From the NCBI GenBank assembly GCA_964632315.1, contig CAZWEM010000075.1:1-13610 (forward strand): a stretch of DNA of 13,610 nucleotides. The letters are read 5' to 3'. Numbering within the stretch: the first letter of the stretch is position 1; every line of letters begins with the position of its first letter. This DNA is from an uncultured archaeon (GTDB taxonomy: Archaea > Asgardarchaeota > Lokiarchaeia > Sigyniarchaeales > SOKP01). Below the pieces are notes generated by a model. That model was given only the letters and a program-made list of their open reading frames with translations, was not told the DNA's origin and ran no database searches. Of the stretch, positions 1 to 6,288 are shown in pieces. Made by a program: the position numbers and the translations under genes.

Positions 1-21
1 AATTTATTCCAAAACTATAAT

Positions 22-537
22 TTAGATTGATTTATCGTGTAAAAGGGAAAGGAGCAATTCTTTTTTAAATGAATATCGATTCAAATTTACTACAATCACT
101 TCTCCTATGGCACATAATTTATTTTTCGAATAAACTAGACAATTTACGATAATTTTAGACTTTTTCATTTCTTTGATTTTGGCCTTCAAGATAACAGGTT
201 TTCTAGTAGATATTGGTCTTAAAAAATCTACCTTAATCGATGCTGTAGCATAGTTTTCCTTTAGTTTCTGATTCAATTTTATACCCATCTTTTTGTAAAC
301 CATCGCATAGGCGCTATTAATACTATGGCAATCAATTAAGGTAGAAATTATTCCACTAGAAAGAATTCCGCTAAATGTTTGATGATATCTTTGGGGTTGC
401 CATGTGCAAATAGTCTCGTCTCCGTCCCAATAACTTTTAATTTGTAAACCATGCTCATTATTTCTACCACATCCCCAGCAGTATGTAGCATGATTTGGCC
501 ATTGGTCTTGAAATGCTTTTTTTTCTTGAATGTACAT
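22..537 (-). CDS. PaaI/HotDog-fold acyl-CoA thioesterase family protein
   Basis: 171 aa ORF. N-terminal CWGCGRNNEHGL (CxGCGxxNxxGL) motif typical of a PaaI subfamily, hotdog helix GIISTLIDCH, then TASIKVDFLRPI strand and C-terminal beta strands. Confidence 0.85.
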   Translation of the reverse strand: MYIQEKKAFQDQWPNHATYCWGCGRNNEHGLQIKSYWDGDETICTWQPQRYHQTFSGILSSGIISTLIDCHSINSAYAMVYKKMGIKLNQKLKENYATASIKVDFLRPISTRKPVILKAKIKEMKKSKIIVNCLVYSKNKLCAIGEVIVVNLNRYSFKKELLLSLLHDKSI

Positions 538-605
538 TTTTAAAAATTCTATTTTTGTCTGGTATTTATTCTTATAAGTGGAAATTTAAATATAATTGCT
601 AAATA

Positions 606-1667
606 TTATTTGTTGAGTGAATCATAACGGATTGTTTCAGGAACTTCCAAAACAAAATCTGCTCCGAACGCTAATGCAGGAGTTAAAGCTCCTTTTGGTT
701 GCAGTTCAAATACCTTTTCGATACTAAGCACCGCAGCTATGGATGTAAAACGATAAGATTCCATTGTTTCCAGCCAAGCTTGTTCGCTTTTTCCTCCGTC
801 ATTTCTCACGGATGCCCAAATATAAGATCGATTAGTATGGCGTGTAAGTTCATCTGGACCATGGACATTTTCTTCAATCCAATCTTTCACTTTTTTCTTC
901 GCTTTCTCATTAGAACTTAGTTCTTCTAACGATACCCCAGATAGTTGTAATACATTTGGGAATTTTGATGGCATTGGAAAATAGACCGTAATATTCGGAA
1001 TACCAGTAGTTCGATATGCAGTGGATAAATCTCCCCATGTTACTGGTCTAACTTCTAGTTTTTTATCACTGAATTTTACTTCTCGTTTATATTCTTTCTC
1101 AAGTGGAACAAGTTTTCCATTCCTTCTAACCATTTGCCCCATCCTATTATATTCTAACATTGTTTTAAGTGTTCCTGGACTCAAATTACTTATTGAGTTA
1201 ATTCCAATTTCTAATGAAGTTGGATTTGATACTTTTTCACTTACGTATTTAGCTAGGCAATCGGTCGAAACGACATCGAAACCAACTCCGGAGATTATTA
1301 CCATTCCATTTTTTTTAGCTTGCGAATCATATGTAAAGTTCTGTTCTAAAATAGGAATCTCTCCAGTAATGTCTAGATAATTTGTCTTACCCTTTAAGCA
1401 AGCTTTCAACATTGGGCCGCTGGTATATTTATAAGGACCTGCAGCGTGAAGAACTAAATCAAATTCCTTGACTACTCTTAAAATATTATCTTCATCTTTT
1501 AAATCGAAAATCATATAGTCTAAATCGAGTTTTTCAGCCAAAGGGATGAGTTTATCTGCAGATCTACCAGCTAATATGGGATTATGGCCACGATCTTTTG
1601 CTTGTTGTGCTATTAAAGTTCCAGTATAACCATATGCTCCATATAAAAGCCAAGATTTATTTATCAT
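606..1667 (-). CDS. Saccharopine dehydrogenase-like NAD(P)-dependent oxidoreductase (trans-acting enoyl reductase/SCCPDH-like)
   Basis: Rossmann motif LLYGAYGYTG plus AGRS, HAAGPY, YLDITGE and GVGFDVVSTDCL family motifs, and C-terminal GALTPALAFG. Start moved from 1706 to ATG 1667 (MINKSWLLYG) because the Rossmann strand follows immediately and a TATA box lies 25-32 nt upstream. Confidence 0.85.
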   Translation of the reverse strand: MINKSWLLYGAYGYTGTLIAQQAKDRGHNPILAGRSADKLIPLAEKLDLDYMIFDLKDEDNILRVVKEFDLVLHAAGPYKYTSGPMLKACLKGKTNYLDITGEIPILEQNFTYDSQAKKNGMVIISGVGFDVVSTDCLAKYVSEKVSNPTSLEIGINSISNLSPGTLKTMLEYNRMGQMVRRNGKLVPLEKEYKREVKFSDKKLEVRPVTWGDLSTAYRTTGIPNITVYFPMPSKFPNVLQLSGVSLEELSSNEKAKKKVKDWIEENVHGPDELTRHTNRSYIWASVRNDGGKSEQAWLETMESYRFTSIAAVLSIEKVFELQPKGALTPALAFGADFVLEVPETIRYDSLNK

Positions 1668-1691
1668 ATAGAAAAAAATTAATTTAAAGTC

Positions 1692-1699
1692 TTTATAAA
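1692..1699 (-). promoter_or_regulatory. Putative archaeal TATA box (TTTATAAA) preceded by a purine-rich BRE-like GAAAA
   Basis: Minus strand reads TGAAAATTTATAAAG, with the box 25-32 nt upstream of ATG 1667. The AT-rich background lowers specificity. Confidence 0.45.
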
Positions 1700-1776
1700 T
1701 TTTCATTACAAATTAAAAGCCTGTTTTTAAAGATTAAGATCTGGAAAAATAAAAATAGTTCAAATTTTTAAACCTC

Positions 1777-1785
1777 AAAAAAAAA
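1777..1785 (-). terminator. Oligo-T (T9) archaeal-type terminator
   Basis: A9 run on + (T9 on -) about 25 nt downstream of the stop codon at 1810. Confidence 0.45.
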
Positions 1786-1809
1786 GAGTTAATTTATAGA
1801 ATTGCAATT

Positions 1810-2133
1810 TCAATCAGGAGCTTGCATTCCAAGCATGCTAAATGTTTCGGGAAAATCAAAATACACGTCAATCGTGTACTCAAATCCCTCGATCTCGTGA
1901 AATGGGACCATGGCATTTTGCTGACGAATAAGTGCTTTATTCATCATATCTTCCTTGACCTTGCTGATTGTTATGCTTTTTGATTTTCCTCCTTCCACCT
2001 TTAGGATTCCTTGGACGAGTTCTTTGGTCAAGCTCTTATCTACAGGAAATTTCTTTCTTACTTCTGCATAAGTATCTATGACCTTTTTTCCTAAAGAGAG
2101 TGGAGCCCATGTTGTTACTACTATATATGGCAT
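1810..2133 (-). CDS. Small alpha/beta hypothetical protein (resembles a Lokiarchaeia-expanded family)
   Basis: Clean ORF. Likely start at ATG 2133 (MPYIVVTTWAP..., 107 aa), with 2157 and 2145 as alternatives. Beta-alpha-beta-beta-alpha-beta pattern ending IEGFEYTIDVYFDFPETFSMLGMQAPD. Family resemblance is from recall only. Confidence 0.7.
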   Translation of the reverse strand: MPYIVVTTWAPLSLGKKVIDTYAEVRKKFPVDKSLTKELVQGILKVEGGKSKSITISKVKEDMMNKALIRQQNAMVPFHEIEGFEYTIDVYFDFPETFSMLGMQAPD

Positions 2134-2313
2134 TTTTTCCAACATGTTGAATTTCATAAATGTACATTTCTGTACAAAGTATAAAGTAAGACGAAATAGT
2201 AATTAAATATGTTGCTTTTATGCTTGTATTAGTAAAGTAATTAGATTAATTTTTGTTATGAACTATCAACAAGATTTCATCCTACTTTTAAATCTCGTCG
2301 CGTTAGGTGGCAT

Positions 2314-2643
2314 ATGGCCGATCGTAGAGCATTAAAGCGTGTAGTGCAGTTTGGAAAACATGAATTCTCCACTAAGCGACCCACATCATTACGTATCTTG
2401 CTAGTGAAGAGCAACTCGTTATCTGCTTGGGGATTCCTGCCAAACATCGTATATCGAGAACATGGACCCATACAATATTTAGTGGTGTTAGACTACAGAG
2501 AGCATCTTAGGATATATTTTTTTGATAGCAATGGCAGGAGTCTTGGAGCACAAAATTTTGATAAGAATGATAAATTACTTCGAGATCTATCCAAGATGAC
2601 TATTCAAAAATATTCACTACCTCGTGATCGCATTAAAAGTTAG
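2314..2643 (+). CDS. Small basic hypothetical protein (5' end uncertain)
   Basis: 109 aa ORF filling the gap between the divergent gene and the next + gene, followed by T7 at 2651-2657. The frame is open upstream to 2245. Confidence 0.75.
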   Translation: MADRRALKRVVQFGKHEFSTKRPTSLRILLVKSNSLSAWGFLPNIVYREHGPIQYLVVLDYREHLRIYFFDSNGRSLGAQNFDKNDKLLRDLSKMTIQKYSLPRDRIKS

Positions 2644-2650
2644 ACTAATA

Positions 2651-2657
2651 TTTTTTT
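2651..2657 (+). terminator. Oligo-T (T7) terminator candidate
   Basis: T7 run starting 8 nt after the TAG ending at 2643. Confidence 0.35.
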
Positions 2658-2736
2658 GAGTTATGATTGGAGGAGGATTTTATAAAAGAAAGGTAAGAAA
2701 AGCTAGTTTTTTATTATAAAAAGACAATATTCTTTT

Positions 2737-3588
2737 ATGCAAATTTCATATTACAAAAAGCCAATTCTCGTATTTTTGATAACTTTTCTTGTTGGCATTT
2801 TGATTTTTATCTTATTCCCACCGAATTCGACACCATATACGATTTTAATTCCGATTGATGATGCTACCATAGAAATTTTAATGTTACTCATTATATATCC
2901 TATTAGTGGATTATTGGGTTCCTTTTTAATAGGATATATACTAGTTCCTATCATACTTTCAATTCATGTTAAAATCTGGGGTCGTAAATTGGAATATGGA
3001 TTTATTGAGACTAATAAACCAGAAAAGTTCAAAAAGACATTTAATGGATTTTTCCCTATTCTATTAGCGGTAAATCTTGCCTTAATCCTTGCTTCAAACC
3101 AAGACTTAATGAAATTGATTATATATCCCGATCATCAAGTAACGGAAGGAGTAAATTCTATTGGGGTTATTTTTCTTTTGATGTATACCGTTGGTATAAG
3201 CATGGGTATCTTCTCAGCTATATGGATGATCAATGATGCAGGGGTAGTATATTCAAATAAGAAAAAAGTCGAAAGGACTGATAAACCCTTTGAAATAAGA
3301 TCTGTAGGCAATTTTATTAAAAGTCTGCTTAAAGGTTATGCCGGGTTAAGTGTCATTGTATCTTTTATCAATTACATATTCTTTTATATGATTACTTTTG
3401 GGAATTATGAAGAACTTATCGTAAATACATTCATCCAAATTCTAATCCCTATCGCACTAGCCTGCTTTAACGCCATTTCTATTATGTTTTTAGATATATC
3501 GAAAGAAACAAATATTAAATATGTGAGATATTTCGGAAAAAAATTAGGAATTGTTGATGAGCTTGAAATATCAATTAATAAGAGATGA
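2737..3588 (+). CDS. Polytopic membrane protein (about 6 TM), unknown function
   Basis: 283 aa with about six long hydrophobic segments separated by charged loops (e.g. DAGVVYSNKKKVERTDKPFEIRSVG). TTATTATA lies 19-26 nt upstream of the ATG. Confidence 0.8.
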   Translation: MQISYYKKPILVFLITFLVGILIFILFPPNSTPYTILIPIDDATIEILMLLIIYPISGLLGSFLIGYILVPIILSIHVKIWGRKLEYGFIETNKPEKFKKTFNGFFPILLAVNLALILASNQDLMKLIIYPDHQVTEGVNSIGVIFLLMYTVGISMGIFSAIWMINDAGVVYSNKKKVERTDKPFEIRSVGNFIKSLLKGYAGLSVIVSFINYIFFYMITFGNYEELIVNTFIQILIPIALACFNAISIMFLDISKETNIKYVRYFGKKLGIVDELEISINKR

Positions 3589-3656
3589 CTTTCACATCAG
3601 TAGCGAAAAATTTTATGGCAATAATATAAATTCAAAATTATTTTTTTAACTCAAAA

Positions 3657-4352
3657 TTATCCAAAAAAATCTTTTTCAATATCTGTGATTTCTTTATCAG
3701 ATATAAAACCCTTAATTAGCATTTTTTCTTTGATTTTTTTCAAGATTTTAGGAGAATTTTCTATTTGGGTCAAATCATTTTCCATTTCTGTGATCTTATG
3801 AGATAACTGTGTTGTTTCATCTTGAGCTGTTCTTAACTTGCTTTTTACAACTCCAATTTCTTCAACCTTTTGATTAATCTCTTTTTTTTGATTTTCGATA
3901 ATATTGTCCTTGAAAGTTAATTGTTGAGTTAATTCTTTATTTTTTTCTTCTAAAAATTTCGCTTCCTTATTTAACTCCGCGATTTTAGCTTCAAGTTCCG
4001 TTTTTTGCGACTCCAGTTGCTCTTTCAGGGAATCGTTTAATTCAGTTACTTCTTCTAAAGTCGGTTTTAATTTAGTAAGCTCAATATCAACATCCAGTTT
4101 CTTCTCGGAAACTGAATCGAGGTTCTCTTTTGCAGCTGTGAATTTTTCAGTCATTCTTACAAGGCTTTTTTCCCTTCCATTGAGTTTACGCTGGGTGTCT
4201 TTCAAATCTTCTATTATTTTTTTCAAGTCTTGCTTTTTTAGCCCTAAATCTCTTTCCAATTCAACCATTTTAGCCCTAAAATCTAGTAACACTCTACCTT
4301 CTACAGCTACTTTTTTTTCTGGTTTCGATTCAATTTTCTCCCAAGGAATCAT
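3657..4352 (-). CDS. Long coiled-coil protein with short head and tail motifs
   Basis: 231 aa, E/K/L-rich. Heptad register L22-M29-L36-L43-L50-L57-L64-F71-L78-(K85)-L92-L99 continues to about residue 197. No Walker motifs. Confidence 0.85.
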   Translation of the reverse strand: MIPWEKIESKPEKKVAVEGRVLLDFRAKMVELERDLGLKKQDLKKIIEDLKDTQRKLNGREKSLVRMTEKFTAAKENLDSVSEKKLDVDIELTKLKPTLEEVTELNDSLKEQLESQKTELEAKIAELNKEAKFLEEKNKELTQQLTFKDNIIENQKKEINQKVEEIGVVKSKLRTAQDETTQLSHKITEMENDLTQIENSPKILKKIKEKMLIKGFISDKEITDIEKDFFG

Positions 4353-4594
4353 ATAATAACCACTTCATTGAATAATTTGCCTTATTATTTGAACTATTCA
4401 CAATTTTTTATATATATTTCTGATTTTTTAATAGAAAGGGGGATATTAAACTTTATCAAAATCTAACCAGATATTTCTTGTATTAAATTTAATGGTAATT
4501 ATTCAAAAATCTACAAATAATAAGAGAAAATATTTTATTGGTATTTGATATTTTAGAACTAAAATGGTGCTTCAGAATAAATTGGAATAAAACG

Positions 4595-5401
4595 ATGAAA
4601 ATTTACGTTGGGACAGCAGGTTGGGATTATCAAGACTGGGTGGGGCCATTTTATCCTCCTAAACTTGAAAAATATCGATATCTTCCCTATTATGCGGAAT
4701 ATTTCGATATAATTGAGGTAAATTCATCATTTTATTCCCTTCCTACTCTAGAAATGACAGAAAGTTGGAATTCAAGAGTAAGTGATTCTTTTCGTTTTAC
4801 TTTGAAAGTATGGCAAAATATAACTCATAAACTTGAAAATCCGCAAATTGAAGTGGACATTGAAAATTTTGTAGTTAATATTGAGCCATTAAAAGATAAA
4901 TTAAGTTTGCTAATCCTTCAGTTTCCACCATGGTTTAGACATTCTGAAAAACATAAAAATCATCTAAGCTATATTCTAAACAGTTTTCCTAAAGATTATC
5001 GACTCGCTATAGAATTAAGAGACGACTCATGGTTTGAAAATGGTGCTACAAATTTTATTGGAAGTAATAAGAGTTCCTTTCTTATCACAACATATCTCCA
5101 AAATGTAAAATCTTATTTCCCTTTGAATCAAGAAGTATATTACATTCGGTTAATTGGAGATCGAAAGTTAGAAAAATTTAATCGAGTTCAAAGAGGTCAA
5201 AAGCAATTAATGGATCACCTTTATTCCAACATTAAGCAATTACAGAAAAAATCCGACATTCACGAGATTTTCATAATTGTTAACAATCACTTCTCTGGCT
5301 TCGCCCCTGAAACTGCTAATCAAATTAAGAAAGAGTTGAACTTACCCGTTAAGAATTTTTCACATCAAGTTAAGATTACAGATTTCTTAAATAAAAAATA
5401 A
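4595..5401 (+). CDS. DUF72 (YecE/YunF-like) family protein with C-terminal PIP-box
   Basis: Family motifs IYVGTAGWDYQDWVGPFYP, YAEYFDIIEVNSSFY, FTLKVWQNITH, LQFPPWF, AIELRDDSW, YIRLIG, IVNNHFSGFAP. Start set at ATG 4595 (MKIYVGTAGW), the usual family N-terminus. Confidence 0.92.
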   Translation: MKIYVGTAGWDYQDWVGPFYPPKLEKYRYLPYYAEYFDIIEVNSSFYSLPTLEMTESWNSRVSDSFRFTLKVWQNITHKLENPQIEVDIENFVVNIEPLKDKLSLLILQFPPWFRHSEKHKNHLSYILNSFPKDYRLAIELRDDSWFENGATNFIGSNKSSFLITTYLQNVKSYFPLNQEVYYIRLIGDRKLEKFNRVQRGQKQLMDHLYSNIKQLQKKSDIHEIFIIVNNHFSGFAPETANQIKKELNLPVKNFSHQVKITDFLNKK

Positions 5402-5420
5402 AAATTAATTTATAAATTTC

Positions 5421-6110
5421 TTAGTTTAGAAAGTTTACAAAAATAGAGGTTCCAAATCCCCATAATAATATTCCTTGAACAAAGCAGAATATCATTATTA
5501 TAAAAGCTATTGGAGGCCATGAAAGAAACTTAGAAACTGCTTGTAATACTTTAATATAAAATTTAGCCGTAACAGCAACGATTGCGGTAACAAGGATAAA
5601 AGTTATTATTAGTCCTAATTTAGGGTTAATCCAATACGCAATGATTTCAACAGCAGAATCTGGTATAAATATAGCTAATAAAAATGCAGCTGCACTCCCT
5701 GCTAACAATGAAATTATACTAACTAAAGGTAAATCATTAATTGGTTTGAAAAGCATCGCGATTCCAATAACAATCAAGAAAATGCTGGTAAAGTGATCTG
5801 CACCATTTTCTGTAATTGCTGCGTATCGAAAGCTAGGAGGTATATCAAGAATCAAGCCCATTGATCCTGCCCAAATATCTAATAAACCTACAACTATACC
5901 TAAATAAGAGAGAACGCGTAAAAATCTGGAGACATCAAATTTCTTTCCATCTGCTTCTTCATTTGCTTTACGTTTTGTGAAAGAGCCTCTCCTTTTTCGT
6001 TCATATCCAAGCCAAGTTAATGCTATAAATCCACTAATAAAAACCATGACCCCTAAAGATTGCGCGACCCAATCTAAAAATGTTAAGAAAATTTCTGTTT
6101 GTAGTAGCAT
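5421..6110 (-). CDS. Integral membrane protein (about 6 TM), unknown function
   Basis: 229 aa, strongly hydrophobic, with a basic cytoplasmic loop (ERKRRGSFTKRK) after the first TM. Convergent with the DUF72 gene (19 nt gap). Confidence 0.8.
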   Translation of the reverse strand: MLLQTEIFLTFLDWVAQSLGVMVFISGFIALTWLGYERKRRGSFTKRKANEEADGKKFDVSRFLRVLSYLGIVVGLLDIWAGSMGLILDIPPSFRYAAITENGADHFTSIFLIVIGIAMLFKPINDLPLVSIISLLAGSAAAFLLAIFIPDSAVEIIAYWINPKLGLIITFILVTAIVAVTAKFYIKVLQAVSKFLSWPPIAFIIMIFCFVQGILLWGFGTSIFVNFLN

Positions 6111-6288
6111 AAATATCCCTTGACATAAAATTTGATTAAATATTAGATCGAGCTCACTAATAAAAAATTATTTTTCTTCAATCTCGAATTAAAATTATGA
6201 CGCACCAATCGAGAACTTAATTTTAAAAATATGTACTCAATTATTATTTCAATAATTATCAAAAATTTACTGATTCAGAGTTAAAATT

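Noticed and set aside
699-1380. Plus-strand ORFs 699-920 and 1021-1380
   Set aside because: Antisense shadows of the well-supported oxidoreductase, with no recognisable motifs.
2277-2471. Minus-strand 64-aa ORF
   Set aside because: Antisense to the 2314 gene, and explained by the locally higher GC giving fewer stops.
2669-2676. Strong SD-like GGAGGAGG
   Set aside because: About 60 nt from the next ATG (2737), with no suitably spaced start codon or ORF.
3657-3690. Coiled-coil C-terminus DIEKDFFG as a second PIP-box or an Atg8/ubiquitin-like terminal Gly
   Set aside because: No Gln and wrong spacing (I-x-x-x-FF) for a PIP-box, and no beta-grasp fold precedes the Gly.
3657-4352. Annotation as SMC or CdvA
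   Set aside because: No Walker A/B or hinge, and no N-terminal PRC-barrel-length domain. The similarity would be generic coiled coil only.
4538-4594. TTG-started N-terminal extension of DUF72
   Set aside because: The family N-terminus begins at MKIYVGTAGW (4595), and the upstream part is AT-rich promoter-like sequence.
6182-6226. Interleaved inverted repeats TCTCGA/TCGAGA and TTAAAATTA/TAATTTTAA (pseudoknot-like topology)
   Set aside because: Short stems, one purely A/T, and loop lengths atypical for an H-type pseudoknot. Likely chance in AT-rich DNA.
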